64,000 nucleotides of DNA from Kudoa neothunni (Eukaryota; Animalia; Cnidaria). The DNA is taken from assembly GCA_964304625.1 (NCBI GenBank), contig OZ199840.1, positions 7,541,368 to 7,605,367 on the forward strand. The letters run 5' to 3'. Made by a program: the position numbers and the translations under genes. The notes beneath the pieces were generated by a model. The model searched no databases and had not been told where the DNA came from. It saw only the letters and a program-made list of their open reading frames with translations. Within the stretch, counting starts at the first letter, position 1. Every line of letters begins with the position of its first letter. Shown piece after piece: positions 38,901-54,091 of the stretch.

Positions 38901-41900
38901 TTGAAACAAAACTTAATATTAAGGGGCACTGAAAAATGGAAATTATAAAAACTCTAAGTTGCAACAAAATTGGAATACGAAGCTATGTTTGTCATAATTT
39001 TATAGTAGGTAGAGCATTATTTGTTGTAAATAATATAATCGCCTCAAAATGAGTCTGAACGTTTAATCGATAAACATAAGAAAGCGAATGAAAAATCTAC
39101 TGGAGCGCATTATGTGTCAAATATTGTGATAACGTTAAGTCGGTCACTCGTCACATATAATATAATGCAATAGTTATACCTGAATAACAAGCCATTCTGA
39201 ATAGAAATGCTGTTGACGTTGGTGAACCTATTAAATTAATAGATCAAGCAGGTTAAAAATATTAGCATTACTTGAGATGTGATGAAAATCATTTTCTTTT
39301 CAATGTCATAAGAGATCTGCGTGGTAATCAATCTCCTTGATGTTCTATTGTTCAACATTTGCATGAGAGCGGATTGGTTAGTGGTCGTGTTAAACAATTG
39401 GGAGTCATTTTTAATCTTATTCCACAACTCACTGAATTCCTGATATCTAGCAATAACAAATTGGAGACGGTTTCGTCAAAACTGATTCGAATCCAACGAT
39501 ACTTTGAAAGATCATATAGCAATCTGGCAAATTCTTTCCCTATCCGTACACACTCACCAAACTAAAATATAAAAAGGGTCACAACGCTGCACAACCTGAC
39601 CATGGTACGAACGAAAACACAATAAACAATAGATATGGCGTAATTCGGAAATTTTAAATTTATAAAAATATAAAAGATTGTCATAGTTATTCATTAAATA
39701 ATATAAATTTTTACGTTGAAAAAATAATTTAGATCCAGCTGAAATAATAGTGGACAATTTTGCAAACCTAATTAACCTTATAAGTAAGATGGGATAGATT
39801 TCTACCAAATTTTTATTTTAAGGGTGTAAGTTTTTCAGCTAATTAGTAGGTTAAACTCAATAAAGATGTCGGCAGAAATGCTTAAAATGTTATTAGGAAT
39901 AATTATCTAGCAACTATTAACAAAATATTATCAGTTTCTTTCATTCATGCGTCGTTTTTCATTTGGAGATGTAGTCTAATAATACTTCAATAAATATACA
40001 AACATAAAATCCATATGAATTTAACTTCCAAATTAAGGGGGTCAATTTAAGAAATCGGTCGAGAACCCTTGACTTAGTATTATTCTATCAGCTGATTCTT
40101 AGATCGTTAGAAAGCTCGACATAGTCTTATTGTCTGATAAAATCATTAAATGATTTACCGTAGTATTTGATTGGTTGCGACACTGACTCATTCCGAAAAA
40201 TATCTCATTAAAAATACGAAAAATCAGTGTTAGTTAATTTTAATAGAAAATCATGCACTCTAGCTGTGATGTAATAATTTCGAGTTACCGAAATATTAGG
40301 GCATATCAAGATCTTACTGCCATATTGGTTCGGTTAATGGTCGGTAAAAAATAATTTTTACATTGTTTTCAATCATTGTTAACAAAAATTCCGTTTCCTC
40401 ATCCACAAATCTGACCATTTCAGGCATATGTATTTGGATCGACAACAAATTCGCGTAGCAATATATCACAGGTTGTAGAAGAGTTGGGTTGGATGATAGA
40501 TATTGTCTACAATCGTATCAACAACAATAAAATCTAGCTAAATTGCATAAGAGAAACCTGTGTTTGTTTACCACGTAGAACATCTGTTTCATGGCCCATG
40601 CGTTCGGGGCAGAGAAATTTGCCACTAAAACAGTCAACATCAAACCACATAATATCATTATTGTTGGTATTAAAGTAAATATCAATTTATTTTGCAATGA
40701 TACTTAGATGGAAAAATAGAAATTAAATAGTTAGTTTAATTAATACACAACTCAACGACCGCAACTCTAAACTGGGGGTGTACTAAAATAAATCTCATTA
40801 TAATTTTTTCTACAAAAAAAATTACTGTTAATAAATTCTCGTGTATTTTGTGCTTAAAATATTGATTAATTGGACTAATTTTATCAGTATATTATTAAGT
40901 GTACACGCGTCAAAATATTTGGCTTGACCTTAAAATTTCGGATGACTAAATACCCTCACATTTTTTACGATTATTTAGTATTTTAAAGAATTCACTGGAA
41001 TCGACTAATACAAAATAACAAAGATACACCAAACTTTGAAAATTTCAGCAAACAAAACAAAAGCATTGTCTAGGTCAGATAATTACTCATAATACCTTAA
41101 TAAATTGGCTAAAGATAATTTAAACTTATCTAATACCAAAAATCCCCGCACAATCAACCCGATATCAATATGTTGTACTTAAATATGTCTCAGATCCCAT
41201 GCGATGGTATAATATAAAGAATTCCAATCAGATTGAGTATATAAAGTTTGCATTTATGTTAAATCCTACAAAAAAGCCGTTACTAATCTCGCGCGGGCGC
41301 AGTTGATTGAATATTATTTTAATTTCGCGGATATTCCTTCTTAAATCTAATGAATCTATTATATTTAATTACTCAAGCAAAATTATAATCTAAAATTCCG
41401 TATCTTTCTATCTGGATAGTATTGCCAGATTAGCTTATTTAAATCCAATAAAAAATTAACTTATTGGTGGTAATTTTATTATAATATAGAATATCATAAA
41501 ATCAATAAACAAATGCTATAGAATTTGGACTTAAAATATCAACTAGAAATATTCCACGAGATAGAATGAAACAGGCTTTATTTAATGGGCTAAGCGCACA
41601 CCTTATCTCAGTTCATGATTAATTGCATAAATTTTGAGATGTTTAATCTAATCATAAATTCACTAATACGATAACTAATTATCTCACAGAAAAACATAAA
41701 TGCTATTTAAATACGTCGATATGATGAATTTCTAATGGAAAAAACTACCTGAAATACATCTCAGAAGCGCAATCAAAAGATGGCCAGCATTGGAGACATT
41801 TGCATCCAACAACTCATTCAACAACCAAAAAATCTACAAACAATATCTAGTTATCACCAAAAATAAAACTACCTGCTCTTTACAAGTATTGCTCAAACGT

Positions 41901-42385
41901 TTATAATATTCGTAAACCAGATGAACAGCTGCATTAACAAAACTTCCAAAAAAATCTTTGGTTATTATCGTGAGGGTTTGAAGTATCTGACCAATCAAAG
42001 AAATCAATTAAAACTTTCAATAAAACCAACTACTGTGGAACAACTTCCCGGGCGCGTTAGTATTGAATACAATAAACCTAGCGCCACTTCGTCGTGCTCC
42101 TTGGAACTTTTCAAAACCTTTCGAAATAATATTATTTGCATTTTTACATTATCGGCTATTGCGCGCGTTAAAACAACTAACTTTGTTGTAGAGATATTCC
42201 TGCAATTGAGAAGTGGAAAAGTTTTGAGTTGAATTGATTATTTCATTGTAATAGGACTCATATTCCTGGTAAATAAGTTGATGAGAATCATATTTGGATA
42301 AAGTTACACTTCTTGTTACTTTTTCTAGTTTCCCTTTAGGATAGATCGGTGTTATCTCAAAAAGCGTGTTTTCAACTTCCTCCAT
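35994..42385 (-). CDS. INTS3: Integrator complex subunit 3 (SOSS-A), multi-exon
   Basis: Spliced segments HDEVALGLLYSILTRP, LWNKI...[63 protein letters not shown]...SIMNLEPAILLIYNS match INTS3. ATG at 42385, stop at 35994. Confidence 0.9.
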
Positions 42386-42901
42386 TGGACGCACACGCAA
42401 TAATTGCCTGGCCAAGAGTCTCGTTTAATGTTCGGAAATGATGGCGACGCCGAAGTTAGGCGATTTATATTTCAAGTCTATTTTTTCATCATAAGAAAAA
42501 ATAGAAGAATCTAATTGTTTAAATTTGTTCCATTTTGCAAATGAAATTATTTCGGACCTAGATATTTATTTGAGTTAATTGACATGCTCAAAACGGCCGT
42601 ATTCATACTGACATAGAGACAGTTATGAATTATGGCGTTTTGAAAACGCTTCAGTTTATACCATGGAAGAGGCTGGCATTGTATACTTGTTCTTGAAGGG
42701 TTTGACTCAATAGATGAGTTTATTATAAAAATTTTGTGTTTTTCTGTTATATATTCTAATTAATTTATGAGCAAATAAATAATCTAAATAATGGTGTAAC
42801 ATCGAATTGTTAACGAACTGATAATATTCTATGAAAAATAATTTCTAAGTTTTCCATTAGTCAAAATATGACTTTTCGAGGCAATACGCCACGACCTAGC
42901 A

Positions 42902-43300
42902 TAAGTTTTTTTTGTTTACAAGGTCAAACCCATGGCGCAACTTGTTAGGTTGAGAAGTTCGGGCTAGTCAGTCCTTCTCCATTTAAGCTGTAGACACCGT
43001 ATCGTCATATTAACACGACTTACGTTTAAGTGGTAGTGTGGGACTTTACCCCACTAAACATCCTCGTTTCGCAGCAACCACCACCCCAAATATAACCTGG
43101 ACTAACCCAGAATTAGTCTGGGAAAGTCGTCTGAATGCGGGTATCGGCTCTACGGAAACCCCCTACTGGGTTTTATTTTGTTCCTGTACCCCGGCGTTTA
43201 CGAGCGCCCGATTTCTACAGCCTTCCTACTCAATTTCGGATTAGGAGTACAGGAACGTCCGGATCAGGCCTGGAGCTCGCATACTGTGAAGTTGCGAACT
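42902..43300 (-). mobile_element. SINE-like or 5'-truncated non-LTR retroposon
   Basis: GC-richer ~400-bp insert between perfect 10-bp direct repeats CGACCTAGCA (42892-42901, 43301-43310), with an A-rich tail on the minus strand and many internal hairpins. Confidence 0.75.
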
Positions 43301-44407
43301 CGACCTAGCACCACTTCCATTATGCCATATCGTCCAGAGTGACTTAACAAAAAGGGGTTCTTAACCGATTTTTCAATTTGACCCCCTCTGCTTGCTGAAA
43401 AAACCGAAAATACACCCATAATTTGGAAGCCAAATTCATATGTTCTTTAATGTTTTTTGTTAGTTTAGCTAAGACCGAAGCTATTTGCACAATAACTCAT
43501 AATTATAAACGGCATGTACGCCTGTGCTATGACCATTTTTAATCCTATCAACTCTTACTTACACCCTGTCTACAGATTTAATTCTTTACATTTTGCTTAA
43601 TTAAATTATTCCTATCCCAATCCTTCGTTTTTAGGATCTAGAAATAGTTAAAAACAGTCCAAACTAATGACACCTGTATATTATTTATCATGCGAATAGC
43701 CACTTTACATTTTTTGTGTCACACAGTAAGGATTAAAACCAAATAGATATTTTCCGTTATAAAAATTTTTACTATTTTATTTATTATCTCATTCGAACTT
43801 TTTAATTTTTATAATTTATGAAAAAGAATGATTATATATAAAAATAGCGATAAAATGACACCAAAAGATATTCAGATATTCCATGATGCTTAACATTAAT
43901 ATCTTTTTTTAATAAGATATTTTACAGTATATGTTTCTCGATAACCCTGTTTATATCATATTCAAGTGCCATATTTTAACGTTCCATCATAATAGGATCC
44001 TGTTTTTGGTAAAATAACGATTTAAATCAAATGATTAAGTATGAAATATTATAGATCGTATATATTTCATTGAGTAATTAAATTATTAATCAATTAAAGA
44101 ATTTATCGGTCTCTTTAAAATTCTGTCACCAGAAATCTATACCATTTATAATTAAATTTTATTTCTAATATAAACATTTTTCGGGTGAATGTGGGTTGAT
44201 TTCCCCCCAAATTTATTACAATGAAAATATTTCTTGAAATTTTTGCCTTCTATGCAAAACCAAAAATTTATTTTATTATGTTAGACTACATATCTTTCAT
44301 ACTCGTGCAAATATTTTTACAACAACTTCTGCAAAGCAACAGTCCAGGTTTATCTGGGGGTATTAATTACACTCGGAAATCTTCGGTGAAGCGCTTGATC
44401 CTAAGTT

Positions 44408-45661
<1,254 letters not shown>

Positions 45662-47753
45662 ATTTTTGTAGTTATGTATATATTATGAAAATTTTGTATT
45701 GTAATAAATACAATAAAATCAGTGGAATTTAACCATTTTATTAATCCAGCTTGTTTATAAATTTGTTCTCGAAAGTAGAAAATTTGAGATTAGGTTTTTG
45801 TAACCAAACAAAATCTGGTGTAGGTACAATGGATCAAGATGTTAGCTAGCATATAGAAATTATGCAATATAATATATTTTAATATAATAAACTTTATGCT
45901 CAAAATAAAACAAAATGGGGTTATTCTATAATAGTATAGAGAACATAAAAACTAAAATTCATTAATTAAATAGTAAATCTTTGGTTTATTATTATTCTAA
46001 GTTCATAACGTGGACGTAACTTTGAGATAATGAAGATCATGGAATTTTTATAATTCATGTAGATATCGCTGATTCTGTTCATGTTTATTCCCTGATTTTT
46101 AGCGCCGGAATAAAACTTATGATTTTGGAGTTTATATTTTACCTTTTTATTAGTTTAAAAAGAAAGTGATTATTGGGTCGGTTAAAGAAATATTTTGAGT
46201 TGACGAATCCCTTTAAAATCATTTAAAAAATGTACTTATACTTTCAGTTAGCTCATAGAAAGGATTAAGCTGAAATATTTTTAAGGCATTATCTTTTTAA
46301 CCCAAATTAATACCACTTTATTCGATATAAATTATAATATAATCTCGATTACAACTAGGGCTTCAAAAAATCGAGGGTTGACTTCGAGGAACCTCGATCC
46401 TCGAAAATTCTCCAAACCCTCGAAATTTCAAATTTCGAGGGTACAGGGATTACCCTCTAGTTCGAAGAGATTAAGTCAATGTAATAAACGAGATAGTGTG
46501 ATTCGTTCATAGTGGATTCTCGTAATCAATGTTAGGAGAAATTTTCTAATCGAAATTCAGCAGTGCATTATTTTTTAGAATAAACTATTTTATTTCTTTG
46601 AAAATATCGGCGAAGTTGCAATACTACAGTATATGTGTACGAATTTCGGGTGGTGTCGCATACAAAATCGGAAATAAAGTCGTTTCCTACAATTCGTCCT
46701 GTTAATTCACTTCATTTTCAAAAAATTTTTCCATTTTTGATCTTATCACAAAAAAATACATTATCTAATTAAATTCGGGTCAAAAAGAATTACCCTATAA
46801 TAAACTGGAAATAAATATTAAGTCGAGCACATTCGGATTCACGCGGAATCTCATTGTTGTTGATAAATACGCCAAAAGATCACTATTTCTCTACAATTTT
46901 AACAAATTCGAAATCGCTTTTTTTTCAGTGAATTTTTTTTTATTTGTATCTGTTAGTAATAAGTTTGTAAATGTTCAATCTGGACTTCGTATTTTAAAAA
47001 CAGAACTTTCTGATTTATTCTATTCAAAATTAGAACGAAAATGTTTCAATTTAACTATGGCATGACTTAATGTGATTTTTAGTTTATAAATTTTTTCGCG
47101 TAATTTATTCGTAACATAAAAAGTTTTATAACAATATTTGTTCTAAAATTCACACATGAAAATTTTTAATTTATTTTATTAAGTTATCTTTTTATTCATA
47201 TCCATTAGGTAACTAAAAACGAAAATACTAAATAATTATTTTTTAGTTTAAATTAACTCTAAAGTAGAGTGATCGTCATAAATCAAAATACACGATTTTT
47301 AGGCATTTTAAACAAAATCAATTATGGATGTTAATAGGTCAAAAGCATTTTTTTATTACTTATCAAAACAATATAAAAATGGTGTAAAACTTAAAAATAA
47401 ACATTTATTACCAAATTTTGGAATATAAAATATTCTAAAAGATTAAACATGTATAAAGCTTGTGAGTAAAAATTGCTAGGATTAAAGATTCTCGGCCTCA
47501 AGCATGCATGCCGTTAAGGACTAGTAAGCTAATGTACAGTTCCTCCTACACTCGGATTACCTCAGTTTCCAGCTCCTGGAGACTTTCGTTTTATGATTTC
47601 GCCCAGCGCTGCCAACCCTAATCTAGCATTCTACAAAATTTTTGATGGACAAAGAATATCTAATTAGCCATACATATTAATGTTATGTAAATTTAACATT
47701 GTTTCAGTAACGTCAAAATTATATCAACAGTGAGTTGATGTATTGAAAAATTC

Positions 47754-48961
47754 TCATATTCGAACCAGGCTATCCAACGTCGAACACAACATTTTATTTC
47801 TTTCAATAGTCTTGGAAGCTCCAGCAGATGAAAATATTCTTTCGGTGGAAGTGTTGCCTAGGGGAAGTAAAATGAGTGAAATACAATATTTTCCAATTGA
47901 ATTAAAGTCACTATGTTCAGAAACCTTACTCCAAAATTCGAGTGAACTCAACTTAGTGACATCAGTGCACCCTAAAAATTGGTTCCAATTTACTTCGTTA
48001 ATTAACCTGTATTCTTGCTCAACGAATTCGTTCTTAAATGAATTATCTGGCAACATATAAAAATGAGATTTAATGTCTGGATTTCATACGTAGGTTGGTT
48101 TTAAAAAAGTAACTTTTTTTATTTGTTCGTATGAATTAAAAGCCCTAACATTTAATTCATTTAATATTTTTTCAAGACACCTCTTGGCTAGGATTTGAGT
48201 AACCAATTCTGGAAGTAATTTCATGAATCTAAAGTCATAATCGATTTCATTGAAGTATTTTGGCAGTTTCAAATGATTGTACACTCTAGAATAAAAAGGT
48301 TCCACCAATAAATTAATTTGTTTTTTTCCTCCAGTAGTTTTATAATGGAAGACAAAAACGAACAGCTTCTTATACTCAATATTTTTTAGGAGGTCAAGGT
48401 TAACTTGTGCATTATATTTTTGATTAGCTTTAAGTTCGTGTAAGATTCTTGTAAACTATTGAACAAGAATGTCCCAATTATTGATCAGGCGCTCAATTAT
48501 TTCACTTCTACAAAGCCATCTTGTTTGAGTGTTCATTTTAAAGGGAGGATTCACGATTTACGTCATCAAGGTCATCTGAAACGGAGGATTCAACAAAGTT
48601 TTCAAAAAGTTTCAAATATTCTATTTTCCTTTTATTGCTCTTCTTGAACCACTTTGGAATATTTTACCAAATACCACTCATGTTTGGCGCAAGTTCAGAA
48701 AACGCTTCTTCAGCAACTTTGTTGAGCGAATGACATAGACAATTAAATTCTTGTAGTTTAGTCCAAATGATGAAATCGAACTATCAAGGCTGTTAAAAAT
48801 ATTTTCGGCGTCTGTTCTTTCAATTTCCTTGATTTCAAGCAATCGAGTTACAACTGTTTTCTCCGCAATAGGATAGAATAAAACGATTATGTTCAAGTGA
48901 GGTTTTATATTTATGTCTGACCATTCATCAATTAAAATTGAAAATGGTTGATCCTCTAAGT
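47754..48961 (-). pseudogene. Decayed hAT transposase
   Basis: PFSILIDEWSD (first catalytic Asp) and LEFWS...LILLPLGNTSTERIFS (dimerization domain); several frameshifts; interrupted at 48961 by a hAT MITE. Confidence 0.85.
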
Positions 48962-49525
48962 CAGTGTTTCCCAACCTTTTTCAAATGTATTGATTTTTTA
49001 ACTTAAACTGCTTATAATTTTGAACCTAGCTTCGTGCCACATTAAAATATATTCGATCAGATCTAATTTAATTCATAGATGGACTTTAAAAATTAACATT
49101 TATACTTCTTTATTTAGTCAAAAACCATGTTAAGTAAAACTAGTGGTAATCCAACCCAAATCAGGCAAAACTTTCTGTATTTGGGGCTTATAAACCGAAA
49201 TTCAATAACTAATATTGACAATTAATCAATATTATTCTAGGATAAGTCAAAAAAAGAGGGGATCACGGTTATAAATGTGACAACGTTTGAATTATAATCA
49301 TTCCGATTCTATTGAGCAAAAACCATGTTAAACGTTTTTATACTTTTTATATAAATTGATCAGTGCTTTTTTATTCTTTTAGGATATTAACGTTCGCATA
49401 AAAATAAATAAGATCAAAAATCGAAGTATTGATTTCAATATGCGCCATACTGCCCAATTATCTCACAATTATCCACGTCCTACAAGAGCCGTTCATTAAA
49501 CGCCCAGAGTTTTCCATGCCCTACC
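48962..49525 (+). mobile_element. hAT MITE, copy B (right end lost)
   Basis: Starts CAGTGTTTCCCAACC after CTCTAAGT (nnnTAnnn). Shares TATTCGATCAG..CTAA...GATGGAC..TAAAAATT.ACAT and CATACTGCCCAATTATCTCA...GTTCATTAAACG with copies A and C. Confidence 0.75.
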
Positions 49526-49954
49526 ATACATGAGGTTTTGTTGAATAATTAGGTTTAATTTGTTGTAATTTAATAGTTTATTAACTCATATGTTTTTATT
49601 CGCTTTTAAAATTACTTTAATTAATTTTGAATATTATAGACTTGGAAATTGTTTAATTTACAGTATGAACCTTAAAATGATTTTATATTTTTCAAAACGT
49701 GTTTTAACTATTAAATACAAAATCAGCGAAAAAAATTAAAGATGGTATATATACAACGCTTATTAGACTAGGAAAAAATTTCAAAGTAAAGAGATTTACT
49801 AAGTTTGTTTGCAACAAATTTGTCAACAACAATTATCATATAATAAGCTTATGTAAAAAATAGAATAAAATGACTATAAGCTAGATAGACCATTTATTTC
49901 CACATAAACAAAAAAAAATAACGCCAAACAAGCAGACACGTTAAATTAAAAATT

Positions 49955-50695
49955 AGTTTTCAGGAGATTCTCTTCGTTTCCCTTCAGTCAGAGTTATATA
50001 AATTCAACACTTTCGACCATCATATATTACTTGAATATGAAATTTCACTTCTCGAACTGGCAAATGACCCACTTTTCGAATATTCTTCACTGTCATTTTC
50101 TAAAGAATAGATGACATTATAAGGAACTTAACTAGAATACCAGGTATATTGTTTGAAGGCAACATCGGGCACAAGGAAACCGACCTATTTTTGGTGATTG
50201 TGTTGGTGTTTACAATCCGAGAATATTTAGTAATGAAATCATCAAAACTTTCGGCCTGCAAATGTAAAAGTAAATTATTGATAAGATAACATTTATTCGA
50301 TTCGGTCACTTACCTTGAAGTAATTAACAATATTATCTTTCATCTTTTGATTAGATGTGTTTTTCATATAATTCAACAGTGTGCTCATTCCTCTATCAAC
50401 AATATCGAAATACTCTTGTTCAGATTTATCACCGGTCATAAGGAACTATGATGAACTATTAATCGATTCTCAATCACGACCAGCCCAACAAATAAATCTT
50501 ATTAGTGTTAATTACCAACAACAACACACTTATAGTTGAATATAACTGAGTAATTGCAGCAATTGAACAGCTCAAAATATCACAATATTAGCAAGGATTT
50601 AGAATATGAAATAAATTTGCGGGCAACAAAATCTATTACTACAATTCAGAATAGATCAGATGGAATAACACTTGCACGATAAAAATAATAACATG
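49955..50695 (-). CDS. Small spliced gene of unknown product
   Basis: In-phase exons FLMTGDKSEQEYFDIVDRGMSTLLNYMK...NYFK|AESFDDFITKYSRIV.. joined by a canonical AAG|GTAAGT...TTGCAG intron; ends uncertain. Confidence 0.4.
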
Positions 50696-51057
50696 CGCAC
50701 ATCTAGCCTATTTTGAAATACAGACAATTTAAAATTTAAACGGGATTAAGCAGAAGGCGGATTAACATCGTTCGGACAGGGATTACGTAACTCGGGTACT
50801 CACTGCCTCTACTATCACGAATGAATAGAAAAAGTAAAATCTAAAAAGCTACACACCACTCGAAATAACTAGGTTGCGGATAAATTATAATAATTAGCTA
50901 TGTAAAACAAGGTTCATTAATATATTAGAAACTAATCCGTAGATTAACGTAAAGGTAACCTACTAATCTACCAATACGACTGTAAATAGTCGTTAAAAAA
51001 ACACACCAAACATAACTTTGATATAACTTAGCTCATATATATGTCTGTTTTTTGTTT

Positions 51058-51633
51058 TTATATTGATATGAAATATCCATATAGAATATAATTGGAGATG
51101 AACAGATACAATGTTCCTTCCAATATTCCTATAAATATTCCCGCTAAAACATCAGTATAAAAGTGTCTGCCGAGTGCCACTCTTGAATAGCACACCAACA
51201 AACACACCAACAGCAGCGCATTAGACATGAAACGATTTTGAGTAAATTGACACGAATTCAAATAGGTTTTAATGGCAAAAGCACGCGTGCAATGCCCAGA
51301 TGGAAATGAATATTCGTCACCAGGCACAACCTTGAATGAGGTGTCACCTCGATTGTAGGATGGACGTTTTCTTTTGACGCTCAATTTTAATACAAATTGA
51401 GTAGCTATATCCAACAGTTGAATCAGAAATAAGTCAAAAAAGAAATGGCCAATTTTTCGGGAGAATGCTGATGCAACTATGTAAAACAATAAACTCCCTG
51501 GAAGTGTTATGTGACCATCCAAAATGGTTTCCGTGTGTTTGCATAATCGTTCAAGATGGCCATTTTTGGGTTTTTTATCCCTCAAATAGGTGGATTTGCT
51601 AAGATGTCGGTCAAGGGCCAGTATTTTCTCCAT
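51058..51633 (-). CDS. PAP2-family lipid phosphate phosphatase (PLPP6-like), single exon
   Basis: All three catalytic motifs present: KLSVKRKRP (Kx6RP), SFPSGH, SRVALGRHFYTD (SRx5Hx3D); hydrophobic segments; ATG at 51633. Confidence 0.9.
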   Translation of the reverse strand: MEKILALDRHLSKSTYLRDKKPKNGHLERLCKHTETILDGHITLPGSLLFYIVASAFSRKIGHFFFDLFLIQLLDIATQFVLKLSVKRKRPSYNRGDTSFKVVPGDEYSFPSGHCTRAFAIKTYLNSCQFTQNRFMSNALLLVCLLVCYSRVALGRHFYTDVLAGIFIGILEGTLYLFISNYILYGYFISI

Positions 51634-52634
51634 CACTGTCTACTGAAGTTATCACACGGCTACCACTGATTAGAACAGGTGTTGAATGTCTTTCCTTTCG
51701 AAAGTATTCGGATGTCTTCAATGTTTCCCTTTCTAATCACTTCAGTGTGATTTAATCTTTGTTTTTATTTCATAAATCGATAATCCTATTTTTTCGATAT
51801 AACTAAAAATTTTGTTTATTTTTGGATTAAAAAATCCCATAATATTTATATCTGATGAATGTCAACAAATAATTTTATGGAAATGGCTATTGGCACGATA
51901 AATAATATTGAAGTGACATTAAATATAGCAGATTCAAAAAAATTACATCTGAAAACAGCTTATAAGAAAGAGTCGCTGAAAATAAAAATTTCTAGTGCGC
52001 GTGTATACACGCCGTTTGGGATTAAATTTTATACTCACTTTGTCATATTATCATTTCATTAATCCAAGTCCGACAAAAAAAAATATTTCTTGTACTGATA
52101 TTGATATTGCTTTACTAACATTCTACACACTTAGCTTTTGCGTGTCATTCTGAAATTTCTTAAAAAATAGAGTAGGACGTAAAAATATATTTAAATTAAA
52201 AATTAATATTTTATCATGTTCACATGTCAAAAACTAAAAATTCTCCGCAAGTTATTTCCCATTATGTTTCTAATCTGATATAGTTAAAAATGTTAACACA
52301 ATAATGTCACATATTAAAGAATAAAATCTTCGCCAACAAAATTTGCAATGTGTTCATGACTACATTAAAACGTGTAAATCTATGCGTAATATGACTCTGG
52401 ATGTTTTATTCTTCGATTAATAATGATAGAAGATTATTAAATCTAATATATTTAGTAATTGTAAAATATTTTGGTTTTAGAGTCAATGAAATAAGAGATT
52501 TTAAAGTTAAAATATCCAATATGTACCTAAATTATTATCAGGCTAGCATTACAAACTTAAATTATGCCACGGTTCCTGTAAACTGTATACAAAAATTTTT
52601 GAGATGTTTTAGATACAGAATAATTAGAGATATA

Positions 52635-53727
52635 CAGCGTTTCACGATCAAAATGCAAACATTTTCAATCAACTCATCATGTCTTGTTGGTGCCATCCTT
52701 TTAACAATTGATTTCAGTTGCCCAAAAACTTGTTCAATTGGGTTAAGGAAGGGTGAGTACGGCGGTAGTAGTAATAACTTGTGAGGACTGCTTTCTATCA
52801 AATTTCGAACACTCTTAGTCTTATGGAAAGCTACGTTATCCATAACCAAAATAGCTTTGTCGACAGAATTTGCCTCTAAATTTGCAAAAAGACCTTCTAG
52901 AAATGACGAAAACACAGACTGATTCACACCTCCCTTGTAAATTTTAAAATTTTTTGGGCACTCATCGCCGCCATTAATGATATATTTTGAGATCTGATGT
53001 ATTTGACCTTTAAATTTTCTCTCGTCCCAGAAAGGGATCTACCTTGGGAACGATGGGTTGATAGGGAGAATCCTGATTCATCGGTATACAATATATCCGA
53101 ATACCTAGGTTCCAATCTTATGAATTTGTTTACATAACTAAAAAATATTTGACAAAATACATAGGTCAATTCGTCACTCGAATCGTAATGAAATTGTCCT
53201 AGTAGAATTCCTATCTATAGGCACCAACGATATTTTTTTATGGTATAATGAAACTCTTTCAGTACTCTATTAATAGTTTGACGAAAAACGCGAATAGAAA
53301 ATTTTGGAAAGAGCTTCTCTGATAACTGATTGAATGTCAGCGTACAGTTATCATCTACCTCTGTAAGTAAAAATTGTTTGTGCACTTCACTCAACAATGA
53401 GCGGCGATCTCCTCCAGTTTCTAAGCTTTGGAACGAGCCGGTGTCATTGACTCTCTTCACAATTCTACTTACTCTAGATTCGGGAATGTTTAATGACTCG
53501 GAAATTTGACGATTCGTCTTTCCAATCTTAATTATTTTAATAATTATTGAAAATTTGTTCTCACTTCGACATGGTGAGCAATTTTAGCCCTATATTTGGC
53601 ACTAACAATCGCGTATTTTCTCTTATTAGAATTATTATTTTCAATTTGATCAGGCATGCTTTTATGGTCTAAACTGGAGAAAACGTGAAAATTCGCGTGC
53701 AATGTGCATCTTGATCGTGAAATACTG
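52635..53727 (-). mobile_element. IS630/Tc1-like DD34E transposon, decayed
   Basis: Imperfect TIRs CAGCGTTTCACGATCAAAATGCA and (reverse complement) CAGTATTTCACGATCAAGATGCA with flanking TA; YTDESGF, VMDNVAFH and LPPYSPFLNPIE (34 residues between D and E); several frameshifts. Confidence 0.9.
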
Positions 53728-54091
53728 TACGTAGAAAAATGAATTAAGGGTTTGGAGTGTTTCAATTACAAATTTTTGTGTATTATTTCGGTTAAAAAAT
53801 TCTCTTTGTTTTATATTTTAATTTAGTTAATAATTTTTGAATTAATGCTAGGTTAAATGTATTAAACATATTTTTAGGTAATTTTATTTTTCAGCCAGCA
53901 CATATATCTAATATCTAGGTCAGTATTCCCCAACGTGGAGCGTGGAAAAATATTGGTGGGGCATAGAAACTTTTGAACGTTTAATGAATGCCTTTAGTGG
54001 GACGCGAAAAATCCTGAGCATATATGTGGAATTGAGCAGTGTGCGGCACTTTGAAATCAATATCTCAATTTTTGATCTCGTTTGTTTTTAA

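Noticed and set aside
43038-43244. 68-aa ORF inside the SINE-like insert; hammerhead ribozyme
   Set aside because: Non-ATG start, antisense to the A-tail and no domain; no CUGANGA hammerhead core was found.
46356-47620. Single hAT element bounded by TAGGG (46356) and CCCTA (47620), or a Helitron 3' end at ~47493-47524
   Set aside because: The ends match for only a few bases, there is no TSD, and no Helitron 5' end or Rep/helicase remnant was found.
51058-51633. Horizontal transfer or retrocopy origin for the intronless PAP2 gene
   Set aside because: No TSD or poly(A) relic; PLPP6-type genes can be single-exon in animals. A phylogeny would be needed.
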